Below, one piece after another: positions 15,836 to 36,936 of a stretch of 64,000 nucleotides of DNA; the stretch's first letter is position 1; every line of letters begins with the position of its first letter. Both the position numbers and the translations under genes were made by a program. Origin of the DNA: the human T2T-CHM13v2.0 reference genome, Homo sapiens. Location of the stretch: the NCBI RefSeq assembly GCF_009914755.1, contig NC_060947.1; one strand, given 5' to 3'. The notes beneath the pieces were generated by a model that saw nothing but the letters and a program-made list of their open reading frames with translations, searched no databases and was not told the origin of the DNA.

Positions 15836-18800
15836 TGATCCACCTGCCTCAGCCTCCCAAAGTGCTAGGATTACAGGCGTGAGCTCCCACTCCCTACCTG
15901 TTTGTAGTATTTCTAATATTCTGAATAAATAAATCAGGTCTAACATAGCTGTGGGGTAATGTTGAGATCTGACTGGAATCAATATTATTCCCTGTACTTT
16001 TCTGTGTGTTTGAAATATTTCTTTTTTAAAGGACATGTTGTTCTTGCTAAGCACTGTTAATGAATCAAAGGACAGTTAAAATGTTACAAGTGCAAAAAAA
16101 AAAAAAAGAAAATATTAAAAGTGCAGATCCGTAAAAAACTTCCTGAGTTTGTTTCATTAACAGCATGTAGGTATTGGATAAGTATCTTAAGAGAGAGGAT
16201 GATGAACACATTATGTAAGGAGGATCGCTGTTTCTCTGTATTTTATCAAAACCAAATAGTCTTCTCATTTTCAAACAACCCTGATTCTCCGTGATGAGCT
16301 TGGAAGTGAGTTTGAAAGTGTGATCCCCCATCCAACACACAGAGAGCTTTCCCACTTCTCAGTGAGCAGAGATAACACAGGGTGAAAAAAAGACAGGTTC
16401 TTCGGTAGAGATCTTTGTACATTTCAGGGATATAAAGGGGACATATGTGTTTGCTGGTTCTTCTGCTCTGACAACACAATTATAAAACAAAGTCAGAGTG
16501 TCTAAACTGTCTTCAATAGACCTATTACTCCCCAACCAAACAGGCCAGATTCTACAATCTCCCACAGTCACTATAAGAGATCTGAAACTCCAGTGCTTGA
16601 GTATCTGCCAAGTTTTTGACGTTAAAGGAGTGTCTTCATACCGAAAAAATTTCAGAGCCACTGGACTAAATCATCGATGGTTCATCACACATTTAACAGC
16701 TTAATTCACATACCATAAGATCCACCCATTTGAAGTGTACAGTGATTTTTAGTTGTTCACATCTTGGGTGGATACAGTTCAGGTTCCCAACCAATCGATT
16801 TAATTTTTTGGGAAAAAGTAAAAGATACGTAATGGAATAAGATGAGACTGTGATGGGGTTTAGTCCCCATTTGGTAAACCATGAGATGGAAAATTCTGAA
16901 TTGATGCCACAGATAAATGAACCAACCATGACTAAACATAATTCAGAAGCAAAACTGAAATAACTCCTCAACAATGAGTGGACTCATAACACTCTGCTGC
17001 AGAATACCCTCATGCAACAGAAGTATCTCTGGAGTTTGGAAATCTTTACCAACAAAGAAAAATTCTAATGTATTCTCTTTCAGTTGAACGTCCTCAGATG
17101 ACTTTTGGCAGGCTCCAGGGAATCTTCAAATCTAAAGGATTCAAATCTCTCAAATCTAAAGGACCAGAGAACCTTTGTCCCTCCATGGATGCGAACACTG
17201 GTAAGAGTGGGAGAATATCAAAAATGCCCTCACTGCCTCCTTCTCCCCATGTCTATCACAACACCAGATGCAGCATCAACAGCTTGATAATACTAACAGT
17301 TGTGATCCTTAATACTTCTTTTGTTTTCACAGTGATGCCAGATATTCTAAGCAGTTTACATGGATTAATTTATTTAATCCTTAAGAAGACCTCTATGACA
17401 TTGTTTCTATTATTATCTCCAAATAATAACGTGTCATACACTTCAGTTGTCATCCACACAAGAGCCATGTGACTTGGCACAAATCTTCTAAGGTCTCTGA
17501 GATCCAGATTCCTGGTCCATGAAATGGAAGTAAAGAATCATAGTTCATGTTTTAGATCATAGTTATCAGCAGCATAATAATAAAATGAGGCTATCGTGGT
17601 ATAGAGGTGTTACAGAATTTTCCTGAGGCGCAGTGGCAGTGGTAGTCTAATCCAGAGCTCCAAGCCATTTAAAGCTCATTCACGTTTGCATGTATTTATG
17701 AAGTTCAGATGTTGCTCACTAGGGCTTCACCCCATAGGGCCTCCTGGTGCTTCCGTTGAGACACCCACTCTCCCAACAGGAAGGACCAGCTGGCCTCTGC
17801 TGTGTTACTGGGGCCACTTGCATGGCTTAAGAATCGCTTTGAATGTTGGCCCCTCCCTACTGTGAGGTCCTAGATGGACTTGTGTGCACCTGGGGCATCT
17901 GGGAAGCCCCAGTCCCAGCCCAGGGGATCCATTGGAGGCCCCTGAATGAGTGACCCCACAACTGCAGATTCAACTCTGGTTTAGAGGGTAAGGGGATCTG
18001 GGAGTTGGGTTGCCTGTGTGGAGACCAAATTCAAAGGATCATGAAAGGTATAAGTTCTTACTATTACTACATTTAAACAGTGTTTGCAAGCTCAGAGAGG
18101 ACTTTCCCTTAGTCTATTTTACATGTATTGTTCACTATTTCATAGGTGAGGAAGCTGAATAAATGTAGCTTAAGACTGTTGGTCAGTGACACATCCGAAT
18201 ACAACAAGAATTGGTGTGGATACCACCTCACTTAATTCCATGTTCAATTTTGGTGCGTTGGTAGGGTGTTATGCCATATCTGGTACTGCTTTCTTTGCTG
18301 CCTAGATTAATCTCAGCAAACCATTTCATTCCCTCTCCCTTCCCTGTATTCATCTCCCCACACCATCTTTTCCAGCAGTGCTTTGTCCCCTCTTTATGTT
18401 TCCACCTTTACTCTCCTAGCAGCTGTCTACAAGTTTATATGGGATCCCTTGAATTTTATAGAAGCTCTTCCTTTTGTAGACCTTGTGAATTCTCAGAATG
18501 CTATTCTCCAAATCTTCTGTATACCACACTCTCAATTACATGGAGACTTTTGCTGTTTGCAAGAATGTCAGTCTTAAAAGAGTGTGAAGATAATCATTCT
18601 ATCCCTGGAAACCCCATTCACTACCAAGTACCTCTTAGAAGATTAACAAGAGATCTGGTAAGAGGAAACAATTCGGGAACAACCCCTCTGGCTTCCCTGG
18701 TGATGTTCAGGTGTATGGACTGGGTGTGTGGCATGGATCCCAGACAAGCCTGGGCCCAGGCTGGGCTGAGGAGCTCACCCAGCTCCAGATGAGATGTTGG

Positions 18801-19053
18801 AGATGACTTCCAGAGACATAGACTGGAGTTGTCATCCATATAAAAAACCACGTGACTTGGGGGCAAGTCTTCCAAATTTTCTCAGCTCCAGATTCCTAGT
18901 CCATAAGATGGAAATAAAGAATCATAGTTCATAAATTGTTTGGAGGCATTAAATTAAATCCTGAAGGCCTGATGACATGAAAGGTGCTCAAGCAATTCTA
19001 TCTGTGATTACCTGGGATCATATCTTACTCAGCTCAATGCCTGATACCCAATA

Positions 19054-20733
19054 CAGGTGTACTTCAGTGATATTGCAGGTTCGGTTCCAGACCACTGCAA
19101 TAAAGTGAGTCACACACATTGTTTTTCATTTGTTTTGCAGTGCATAAAAACTTTGTTTACACTATACTGTAGTCTATTAAGTGTGCAATAGCATTATGTC
19201 TAAAAATGTACACACCTTAATTTTAAAATAATGCAGTGATAAAAAATGCTAACAATCTGCTGAGCTTTCAGTAAGTCACACTCTTTTTACTGGTGGAGGG
19301 TCTTGCCTCAGTGTTGATGGCTGCTGGCTGATCAAGGTGGTGGTTGCTGAAGGGTGGAGTGGCTGTGGCAGTTCCTTAAAAGAACACAACAATGAAATTT
19401 GCCACATTGATTAGCTCTCCCTTTCATGAAAGATTTCTCTGTAGTATGTGACGCTATTGGATAGCATTTTACCCACAGTAGAACTTCTTTCAAAGTTGGA
19501 GTCAATACTCTCTAGCTATGAAAGTCTTAGATGGCATCTCCTTCCATTACAAGGCTAGTTTATCCATATTGAAAATCTGCTGCTTAGTGTAGCCACCTTC
19601 ATCAGTGATCTTAGCTAAATCTTCCAAATAACTTGCAGCTTCTCCATCAGGGTTTGCTGCTTCACCTTGCACTTTTATTTTATGGAGATGGCTTCTTTCC
19701 TTAAACCTCACGAACCAACCTTTGCTAGCTTCACACGTTTCTCCTGCAGCTTCTTCACCTCTCCCAACTTTCATGGACTTGAAAAGAGTATGGGTCGTGC
19801 TCTGAATTAGACTTTGGCTTAAGGGAATGTTGTGGCTGGTTTCTTGTTTTATCCTGACCACTCCAACTGTCTCTATTTGAGCAGTAATTCTGTTTTGCTT
19901 TCTTATTGGTGTGTTCACTGGAGTATTAGTATTATTATTTCCTTCAAGAACTTTTCCTTTGCATTATATAGTATTATTTCCTTCAAGAACTTTTCCTTTG
20001 CATTCACAGCTTGGCTGTTTGGTGCAAGAGGCCGAGCTTTCAGCCTATCTTGGCTTTCAGCATGCTTCCTCACTAAGCTTAGCCATTTCTAGCTTCTGAT
20101 TTAATGTGAGAGACATGTGACTGTTCGTTTCATTTGAACACTTAGCAGCCATTGTAGGGTTGTTCATTGTCCTAATTTCAGTGTTGCTGTGTGTCAGGAA
20201 ATAGGGAGGCCCAAGAAAAGGAGGCGAAACAGGGAACAGCTCATCGGTGGAGCAGTCAGAACACACACAACATTAATCGATTACGTTCGTCATCTCCTGT
20301 GGGTGCAGTTCCTGCTACCTCCAAAACAATTACCCACAACAGGGTGATTATAGTCAATAATAACTTAATCGTACTTTAAAAAAACAGAAAGAGTGTAAAT
20401 GGATTGTTTGTAACACAAGGATAAATGTTTGAGGGGGTGGATACCTTATTTTCCATGAAGTGATTACTACGCATTGCATGCCTGTATCAAAATATCTCAT
20501 GTACCCCATAAGTATATACACCTGTGTACCCACAAAATCAAAATAAAAATTATTTTAAAAGATTAAAGAACAACAAAACAATTGCAATCATAATATCAAA
20601 GCTCACCGATCACAGATCAATACAACAGATATAATAATAATGGAAAAGTGTAAAATTGGTGAGAATTTCAAAAAAAAATTGCAGTATCTGTGAAGCAGTA
20701 TAAAAATGAGGTGCCATAAAACAAGGTATGCCT
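19054..20733 (-). mobile_element. Tigger1 DNA transposon (internally deleted) in SSX pseudogene intron 6
   Basis: Both termini present (caggtgtacttcagtgatattgcagg... and ...ataaaacaaggtatgcct); transposase-like ORF 19547..19918 ([25 protein letters not shown]). Confidence 0.9.
20334..20560 (+). mobile_element. L1MA-type 3' end fragment nested in Tigger1 (paralog ~44400-44617, minus)
   Basis: cacaacagggtgattatagtcaataataac...catgcctgtatcaaaatatctcatgtacccc followed by an A-rich tail. Confidence 0.8.
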
Positions 20734-22315
20734 TGTGCCCTTAACAAATACCTGCAGCACAAAAGGAGGTATGGGTGAATGTTCCCGTAAGTGAAGAGGT
20801 TGGGAATCTAAACCTCTCAACGGTAGGAGCCAGAAGCTCAAACTTTCATTGGCATTTGGCCTGTATTGGTATGGGTCAAAGTTGTCAGCCTCTGTAAGCC
20901 AGCAAATGTGAAAAACTGGATGAAGAAGGCCCACGGGCACTTGGGAGGGGGGAGGCATCTCCTTTTTGTGAGAAAACAGAGCCTAACACTCTCCAACCTA
21001 CCCAACCCTCATCTTCCAACTTTTCCCCATCATAGGACCCAAAAGGGGGAAACATGCCTGGACCCAAAGACTGTGTGATAGAAAGCAGCTGGTGATTTAT
21101 GAAGAGATCAGCGACCCTGAGGAAGATGACGAGTAACTCCATAAGTGAACCTTCGGCTCACCCCCCACATCCCTGCAGATGTACTATTCTGTTATGGTAC
21201 TGGTATCCCATCTTGTCACTTGTTCCCCAAATCATTCCCTTCTCATAATTTTCTAGGGTACAGCAATCAGGCTGATGGAAGAGATTTCCCATGCTCTTTC
21301 TTTCTTTTTCTTTTGTTTTTCAAGGGAGTCTTGCTCTGTCACCTAGCCTGGGGTGTAGTGGCATGATCTCGGCTCACTGCAACCACCAGCTCCCGGGTTC
21401 AAGCAATTCTCCTGCCTCAGCCTCCTGAGTAGCTGGGATTACAGTTGCGTGCCACTATGCCCAGCTAATTTTTATATATTTGGTAGAGACGGGGTTTCAC
21501 AATGTTAGTCAGTCTGTTCTTAAACTTATGACTTCGTGATCCGCACACCTTGGCCTCCCAAAGTGCTGGCTTTATAGGCATGAGTCACCACGCCCGGGCG
21601 ATTTTCCATGCTCTTTCTACTCCCTGCCCTGTATATACAGGGATCCTCCCTACCCAGGATGCTGTGGGTTCCCAAACCCCAGGTCAGCCCTGATATGCAG
21701 GCCACACATAGGAATTGATAACCCAGGCGAGGAAGTCACTGATGCATGAGCAGATGGTTTACTTCGAGGAACCGTGAAAGGCGTGTGCAGGTCCTGAGGT
21801 AGGGCAGAATCGGAATGTGCAGGGTCTGCAGGTCAGGAGGAGTTGAGATTGAGTTGTCACGTGGTGGGAACTCACTGCCACTTACTTTCCTTCTCTCCTC
21901 TTGCCTCAGCCTCAGGGATATGACACATGCCCATGATGAGAAGCAGAATGTGGTGACCTTTCACGAACATGGGCATGGCTGCAGACCCTCGTCATCAGGT
22001 GTATAGCAAGTGAAAGCAAGTGTTCACAACAGTGAAAAGTTGAGCATCATTTTTCTTAGTGTGCCAAGAGTTCGATGTTAGCGTTTCCATTGTATTTTCT
22101 TACAGTGTGCCATTCTGTTAGATATTATCCTTTTCATTGATGAGCAAGACATACTTAATGCATTTTTGGTTTGTGTATCCATGCACCTACTTAGAAAAGA
22201 AGTATTGTCAGGTATTCTCTCCATAGAACAGCACTACCTTCCTCTCTCCCCAGATGTGACTACTGAGGGCAGATCTGAGTGTTTAATTTCAGATTTTCTC
22301 CTCTGCATTTACACA

Positions 22316-22350
<35 letters not shown>

Positions 22351-24359
22351 AAGTACCAGTATAAGCATCTCCCATCTGCTTTTCCCCATTGCCATGCATC
22401 CTGGTCAAGCCCCCCCTCAATTTGTTTCCTGTTCAGCATGTACTCCCCTCCTCTGATTCCCCATATCAGTCACTGACAGTTAATACACCTTTGCAAACGT
22501 TCCCCAGTTGTTTGCTCCTCTCATTAATGTGCGCACAGGTCTCTGCACGTGTGTGAATATTTCTTTAGGAAAGATTCTTAGAAGTTGAATTGCTGTGTCA
22601 AAGGAGTCATTTATTCAACAAAACACTAATGAGTGTGTTCTCGTGCTGAGCGCTGTTCTAGGTGCTGGAGAGACATCAGCGAACAAGGCAGGCTGATGTT
22701 CCTGACCACCATTCCGGAGGAGGGTGTTTCCAGTTGTTTGTTTGTTTGTTTGTTTGTTTGTTTCTTCTGGAGATAGGGTCTTGCTCTGTCCAGGCTGGAG
22801 TGCAGTGGCATGATCATAGCTCAATGTAGCCTTGAACTCCTGGGCTCAAGTGATCCTCCCACCTTGGCCTCCTAAATTGTTGGCATTACAGGCATGAGCC
22901 ACCACACCTGGCCTTCAGTTTTTATTTTGATAGAGACTATACACTTCAGTCCTGGAGCAGGATTCTGCAGCAGGTGGTTGGGCAATTTGGCCTTCGCTCT
23001 CTGAACAATTTTCACTTTCTAGGGCTGGGACGGTCCATTTGGGAGTATGTGGGAGGAGACACAGATGAAATCGTCATCTGGGGAACATGGAGGGATGAGG
23101 AAGATGCGTGCACTGTAGACCCTGTGATGGCCAGGGAATGGAAGAGTTCACTTAGTCTCCATGCAGGGGATCAGTAGTGGGAAAGTCCTCTGGACAGAAG
23201 CATGAGACTGCCCATCAAGGGTCTCACCACCCAAGGGCCTGGGGGCTGGGGTGGGGACCATGATTTGGGAATGGGACAGTTCTTTCTCACAGGTACCACT
23301 GCACGGTGCAGAGGGAAAAGAGTTGTGGGGAAGGGAAGGGCAGAGGGGAGTCTATTTTAGAATAAAACATTTGTGTGTGAATGGAGACATTAAAGCTCCA
23401 TTCACAAGCGATGGACTTGAAACACCAGCCCCAGGTGGAGGCAGGATTGGAGCTGTTTTGACCGTTCATGGCCCATCACCTTGGCCTCCTGGTTCTCCCC
23501 AGCCTTGGAAGGAGGACACTATCATCATTATGCCTATACGACAGATGAGAGACAGAATCCCAGAGAGATGGTAGGCATCTTATCACAGGTCCTACAGCTG
23601 GCAAGTGCAGGAGGAGCTGAGTTTGGAGTTCATTGACTCGAAACATTAAGGAGGACAGGAGTGTGGGGTGGAGGGAGGGAGACTTGAACAACCCCAGGGT
23701 TCTGTCCCCAGTCACAAGGTAGAGGCTGTCAGTTCATTTTCCCAAGACAAGGATCACTTGGACAGAGAGAGTGCAGGGAGGGAGAGGCAATCGTGGCCAT
23801 AGTGGGGACAGTGGGAGACAGAGATATACAGGGTGGGCAGAAGAGGTGGCAGGCAAAGAAGCAGGGGATACCCAAGGCCAAGTGTGGGCTGTCACAGCCA
23901 CCAGAGGGAGAAGGTGCCAGGAAGGTGTCAGGAAGTCTCTCCAGGAGCAACAGAGGTTCCCCAGATCTGTGAGCATGCCCTACCTGGCACTTCAGGAAGG
24001 GGTGGCTGCCACCCAGGTCAGTGTGGACGTACCTCTACCTGTGTCTCAGAGGAAACAAATTCTATTTTATCCCAATATAGTTCTGTATTACACAAATGTA
24101 GCATTCAGCTACTAGATATCGAGTGCCTTATCCTCCATGTAAATACAGCAGAGGATACCCTAAAAGAGATACTGAAGGATTTGATTTTTCTTTCTCCCTG
24201 GGAAGATTGAGTCCATAAGTTGGGTCCCCCAGTCCACAAGACAGGTGCAAGAAAGGGTGGCTGGAAGATTGTGAGTCATGACAGGGAACATTTTTCCTTA
24301 GGTTCCTTGGGTATATAAGATTCCCAACTATCTGTCTATCATGGACAGATAAAGAGTGA

Positions 24360-24662
<303 letters not shown>

Positions 24663-24740
24663 TAGTCAGGATGTTCTCAATCTCCTGACCTCGTGGTCCA
24701 CTGGCCTAGGCCTCCCAAAGTGTTGGGAATACAGGCGTGA

Positions 24741-25160
<420 letters not shown>

Positions 25161-25976
25161 TGATTCAGACGTTTTTAATGAACTTTTAAATTAGCCTACC
25201 TGATGACTATCCTAAGGCCCTTTCCAGCTCCGTGTATTTTCGTTCAGGGTTTGGAGTTTTTTTGGAGGCTTTGTTATAAAGAGCATCTCTTGCTCAGGCG
25301 CAGTGACTCACGCTGTAATCCCAGCACTTTGGGAGGCCGAAGCAGGCAGATCACTTGAGGTCAGGAGTTGGAGACCAGCCTGACCAACATGGCGAAACAC
25401 CTGACTCTAGTAAAAACACAAAAATTTGCCGGCCTTGGTGGCAGGCGCCTGTGAATCCCAGGTACTGCAGGGGCTGAGGCAGGAGAATCCCTTGAACACG
25501 GGAAACAGAGGGTGCGGTGAGCCGAGATCATGCCACTGCACTCCAGCCTGGGCGACAGAGTAAGTCTCTGTCTCAAACAGCATCTCTCGCCTACAGTGAT
25601 TTGAGCTGTGGTCTTGTCTCCTTGGGTTTCTCTATCAGTCTGATCTCATCTACTCTGTCTCCCAGGAATGCCTCAGTATTCCTGGTGGACCACTTACACG
25701 CTTTCCTATTTTCCTCTACTGTTAAGAATTGACCCTTGAAAACATTTTCATCCCAGTTCAATGGAATGTGAGTGGGGCACGGGATCTATCTGCCATCTTG
25801 CTCCAATCATCTGGTTTTAGATATTTATGTACTTTTGTCACTATAGACGTGTCTTTTTTCTCAATTTGATTTTCTAATTGGTTATTACTGATATGTAGAA
25901 AACCTATCTATTACCGTATATAATATTTTGTTACCTGTCTGGGTGCATCTTCCCCTGCATTTTGGCACAGGACTCA

Positions 25977-26186
<210 letters not shown>

Positions 26187-27039
26187 CTAGCTACTAGGAC
26201 AGCTGAGGCAGGAGGATCACTTGAACTCAGGAGGCGGACATTGTAGTGAGCCGAGGTGGCACCACTGCACTCCAGCCTGGGCGACAGAGATTCTATCTCT
26301 AAAGAAAAAGAAAAAGAAAAAAAGAAAATTCACTTCACAGGCAATAGATAGTTATAAAAGGATATTTTATGGAAGATTTCATAGGGGAGACTGATGGAAA
26401 GAAAGAAGTATATATTTTACAGAGCTGAGCAATTCACTGCAAAAATCACCAGAACTGCCTTTTTCTCCAAAATTATTACCCATAAGCTATTCTACTACTG
26501 GTTCTTCTAGTCCTTCTCTCTATTCCAAATCCTCAAATTGTCCATTTTCTTATTGCAATAATTTTCCTCTGTGCAGATCTAGGTCCTCCACAACACTTAG
26601 CACTCTCTTCGAGTGTTTGCATGCCCGTTGTTTTAGCTCAGGTTCCCAAGGAAACAGAATTTGGGCCATTCCGGACACCTCTAGACAGACTATACTGAGA
26701 AACCATGCCTGGAACGGTGCATGAGGAGAGGAGAGTAGAGGGAATTTACATACCTGGCTCTCACTCCTGGTTCCTTTTCTTAATGGTCAAAATTTATCCC
26801 ACAGGCACGAGCTCCCCTACACTTCTAGATTGCATCATCTGCCCCCTTGGCAGCTGTCTGGGAAGCCAGATCCCACACTTTGAAGTGTAGTGTTTCATAC
26901 ACTCCAAAAGTGGTAGCAGAGGCCAGGCGTGGTGGCTCACGCCAGTAATTCCAGTACTTTGGGAGGTCGAGGAAGGTGGATCATGAGGTCACGAGTTCGA
27001 GACCAGCCTGGCTAGCATGGTGAAACTCTGTCTCTTCTA

Positions 27040-27246
<207 letters not shown>

Positions 27247-27954
27247 TCAGAAAGTCCAGGTATGTAGCTAATTGTCCTGGTTGTACATCAGCAGCCAAGG
27301 GTGAAAACTAAATACTCCCAGGCAAGTCCTAAGTTCACCGAGTAACTGGAGTACCCATCTGTGTTAGTTAACTGCCTTTATCTGAAGGAAAAACAAATCT
27401 CATATCTCTATGACAACCAGGTGCTTACAGCTTGGAAGAAGTCACCTAGGCTAAACTCCCTTGGTGACAGGGAGACACGGACATCATCTTCCTCGATGTT
27501 CACATTTCAAAGAGATGGCACCAAGGCCCTGAAGAAAGACATTCCTAGGGGCCGGGCATGGTGGCTCATGCCTGTAATCCCAACACTTTTGGAGGCTGAG
27601 GCTGGAGGATCACTTGAGGCCTGGAGTTCAAGTTCAAGACATTCCTGGGTTCTAGGATGGCCAGAGGCTTACGTATCAAAGGAAGAATTTACAAACACAA
27701 ATTTTCTCAAGGAAATGCTCTAAGGAAGGTGAAATGGAGAAAGGTTTCTTCTTCCCTTTTGGCAACAGGAAAAATTCATTTTTATGTTTAGTTACCCTTA
27801 CAATTTCCCCCTTTTGTTATTGTTTTATAGGAACACTGCAATATTCTAATTATCTCCACTGCTGTTTCTATCTTTCTCTGTGTAGTTTACAGCCACCTAG
27901 ATATCCAACAAGTCCATAGTAAGATGCAAAGCTAAGCAATTATCAAGATAATAA

Positions 27955-28080
<126 letters not shown>

Positions 28081-28432
28081 TGAATAGCTGGGATTACAGG
28101 CATGTACCACCACACCCAGCTAATTTTGTATTTTTTTTTTTACTGTTAATTTTTTAATACCTTTAGAATTATGTACCAGAATTCTATCAATTGATGACTC
28201 AGTTGGATCATCTTTCAATTTTGTTGAAAGCAAAATATTAGAAACCAGCTAAATCACAAAAAAAGTTTTTTAACTCAGTGTCATCTCTTTCTCACCAATA
28301 TTTTTAAATGTCCCTTTACCAATTGTCTGGAGATTTTTTTCCAAAGTGCATTGGTAAGATTCAGAATGGATAAGAGATATATCTTTGTTTTGTCAAGTAT
28401 GAAAAGAATAATTTTTGTTCTGTTTTGTTTGA

Positions 28433-28651
<219 letters not shown>

Positions 28652-28797
28652 TGATCTGCCCTCCTCGGCCTCCCAAAGTGCGGGGATTACAAGCATGAGC
28701 CACCGCACCTGGCCAGAATAATTGTTTTTTTTTTTTTTCTTCCTGAAATATTATTCATTTACTTATCTTTGTGTCATCCTTCTATTTATAAAATTAC

Positions 28798-29571
28798 TTT
28801 TTTTTTCTTTTTTTTTTCTATTATACTTTAAGTTTTAGGGTACATGTGCACATTGTGCAGGTTAGTTACATATGTATACATGTGCCATGCTGGTGTGCTG
28901 CACCCACTAACTCGTCATCTAGCATTAGGTATATCTCCCAATGCTATCCCTCCCCCCTCCCCCCACCCCACCACAGTCCCCAGAGTGTGATGTTCCCCTT
29001 CCTGTGTCCATGTGATCTCATTGTTCAATTCCCACCTATGAGTGAGAATATGCGGTGTTTGGTTTTTTGTTCTTGCGATAGTTTACTGAGAATGATGATT
29101 TCCAATTTCATCCATGTCCCTACAAAGGACATGAACTCATCATATTTTATGGCTGCATAGTATTCCATGGTTTATATGTGCCACATTTTCTTAATCCAGT
29201 CTATCATTGTTGGACATTTGGGTTGGTTCCAAGTCTTTGCTATTGTGAATAATGCCGCAGTAAACATACATGTGCATGTGTCTTTATAGCAGCATGATTT
29301 ATAGTCATTTGGGTATATACCCAGTAATGGGATGGCTGGGTCAAATGGTATTTCTAGTTCTAGATCCCTGAGGAATCGCCACACTGACTTCCACAATGGT
29401 TGAACTAGTTTACAGTCCCACCAACAGTGTAAAAGTGTTCCTATTTCTCCACATCCTCTCCAGCACCTGTTGTTTCCTGACTTTTTAATGATTGCCATTC
29501 TAACTGGTGTGAGATGGTATCTCATTATGGTTTTGATTTGCATTTCTCTGATGGCCGGTGATGATGAGCAT
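28798..29571 (-). mobile_element. Young 5'-truncated L1 (L1PA2/L1HS-like), ORF2 C-terminus plus 3'UTR
   Basis: ORF 29172..29543 is nearly identical to the L1 ORF2p C-terminus ([33 protein letters not shown]); canonical L1 3'UTR and poly-A. Confidence 0.95.
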
Positions 29572-31045
29572 TAGAGATGGGATTTCACCATTTTAGCCAG
29601 GCTGGTCTTGAACTCCTTACCACAGGTGATCCCCCCACCTCAGCTTCCCAAAGTGGTAGGATTACAAACGTGAGCCACCGTGCCCTGCCTAGAAAGAATT
29701 CTTAAATTCAGTATAATACTCACCTTGTCAGGGCTGGGGGACCTTTAAACACATCATAGTGGTTAATTGTGTCAAAGTCAAAATAAATTGCAGAGAGAAA
29801 TCCCTAAATCAAATGCTGTATTTGGGAACCACAAAATTGCAATTCAGGACATACACACAGACTGGAGTGGTCTTCAGTATGTCCAACGAACAAACAGAAG
29901 TTGGAAGTTTTATTAGAAATAAAAATGTTACGTATTGTTTTGAAATGAGGCTCATTGGCACTGGAGAAGCTGGTTTGTTTGCACAATCAGCTTTCACATT
30001 CCCTCTTTTGATGAAGATCTTTCTTTGAAAACCTCACTGATCAGCCGTCTTAAAGTGAGGCTTCATTGTCACTCCATGCCAGGATGGACCCGTGCCGGTT
30101 GTCTTTGTCCCATGTCATGGGAAAGGTAAGGGAGTCTATATCAGGAACATGGGCCACATTTGAGCAAAAAAGAGGTCAGAAGGAAAAAAAAAATCAGGCA
30201 TGTTTGTCTGGAGTTCAGCATCAAATTCCATCTTATTAGTCCCATCTATATTAGCAATCATCTTGAAGCACTAGGCCAACATTATCCTGTTGGGAGAACT
30301 GGCTGAACAAATATTACACAGGCAACAAGAACGGAGCTCAAAGATTATAATACAAAAATAATTAGCAATCGTTTTATTTTATTTTATTTTATTGCAATGC
30401 AGTCTTGCTCTGTTGCCCAGGCCAGAGTGCAGGGGCGTGATTCCGGCTCACTACAACCTCCATCTCCTGGGTTCAAGTGAATCTCCTTTCTCAGCCTCTC
30501 GAGTAGCTTGGATTACAAGTGCTCATCACCATGCCCGGCTAATTTTTGTCTTTTCAGTAGAGAGGAGGTTTCAACATGTTGGCCAGGCTGGTCTCGAACT
30601 CCTGACCTCAAGTCATCCGCCCTCCTTGGCATCCCAAAGTGCTGGGATTACAGGCGGGAGCCACCGCACCCAGCTATAATTAGCAATAATATAATAAATT
30701 TAGTTTGTACAATGATTTTGAACTAAGATCCCAAGCCTAAGGGCCACCAGCTAAACAAATCAAAAGACTATGGGGGAATTGAATGAGACAACCAGTTTGG
30801 TGAACTCTTTGTGTGGTCCATACATCAGACACAAGACTTGTTCCTTAAAATTTATGCAGTTTGGCTGGGTGCAGTGGTTCACACCTGTAATCCTAGCACT
30901 TTGGGAGGCCAAGGTGGGCAGATCACGAGGTCAGGAGATCGAGACCATCCTGGGTAACTCGGTGAAACCCCGCCTCTACTAAAAATACAAAAAATCAGCC
31001 GGGGATGGTGTCATGTGCCTGTAGTCCCAGCTACTCAGGAGGTTA

Positions 31046-31183
<138 letters not shown>

Positions 31184-31208
31184 CTATGCAGTTTTAGCTT
31201 ATAGGATT

Positions 31209-35715
<4,507 letters not shown>

Positions 35716-36762
35716 GTAGGCCAGGCATGTTGGCTCATGCCTGGAATCCCAGCACTTTGGGAGGCCGAGGCAGACAGATTACTTGAGGCCAGGAGTTCAA
35801 GACCAGGCTGAGCGACATGGCAAAACCCCTTTTCTACTGAAAGGACAAAATATTAGCTGGGCGTGGTGGCCCACGCCTGTGGTCCCAACTACTGGAGGCA
35901 AAAGAATTGCTTGAACCCAGGAGACAAAGGTTGCAGTGAGCCAAGATCTCGCCCATTGCACTCCAGCCTGGGCTACAGAGAGAGACTCTGTCTCAAAACA
36001 AAACCATAGGATCAACAGAAAGGAATGTTGGGTTAAGATAAAGGATTGTGGAAACCCAAGTTATTACTTGCAGAGGAAGCCTTCAGGTACTAGCCTTCAG
36101 AGATAATAGGTTGTAACATGTTTGTTATTAGACTGAAAGTCTGTGTTGATGTTGATGCCAGAGAGGTATAATAAGGCATGTCTGACCCATGCTTCCTGTC
36201 ATGGCCTGAAACCGTCTCTCAGGTTAAATTTTAAAAGTGCCCTGGCTGAGGAAGAAGTCCATTCAGATGGTTGCGGGGTGGCGGGGGTTAGGATTTTATT
36301 TTTGATTTACAAGTCCTATAGGACAAAAGTGCATACATCTTAAGGAACAAGTCTTGTGCTTGATGTATGGACCACACAAAAAGTTCACCAAACTGTCCAA
36401 TGCCATAACCAGAGACATTTGAACGAAAAATCAAGATGAGAAGTTGACGTTTCCACGCTATAGACAGCTTTTCCCAAGATGTCAGAATAAGTCTTCATAT
36501 CATAATGAGACTCTTACCCCCTTAATGTCTATATTTTTCACTTGACAGAACCTGACCCACAAATTCTTTCCTTCACCTAGTGGTCCCTTTTATAGAGTTG
36601 GCACTCTGCTTTAATTCAACCCAGTCCTAAAATGCTACTCAGACTACAAGAGGTCTCATTTCCCCCATAGTTTTTTATTTGTTTAGCTGGTGTTTACCTT
36701 AGTCTTGGGATCTTGGTTCAAAACCATTGTACAAACTAAATTTATTATACTATTGCTAATTA

Positions 36763-36936
<174 letters not shown>

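Noticed and set aside
18271-18792. 173-aa ORF in pseudogene intron 5
   Set aside because: Length results from the exon 6 deletion joining intronic frames; no recognisable domain.
29172-29543. 123-aa ORF
   Set aside because: L1 ORF2 C-terminal fragment of a 5'-truncated insertion.
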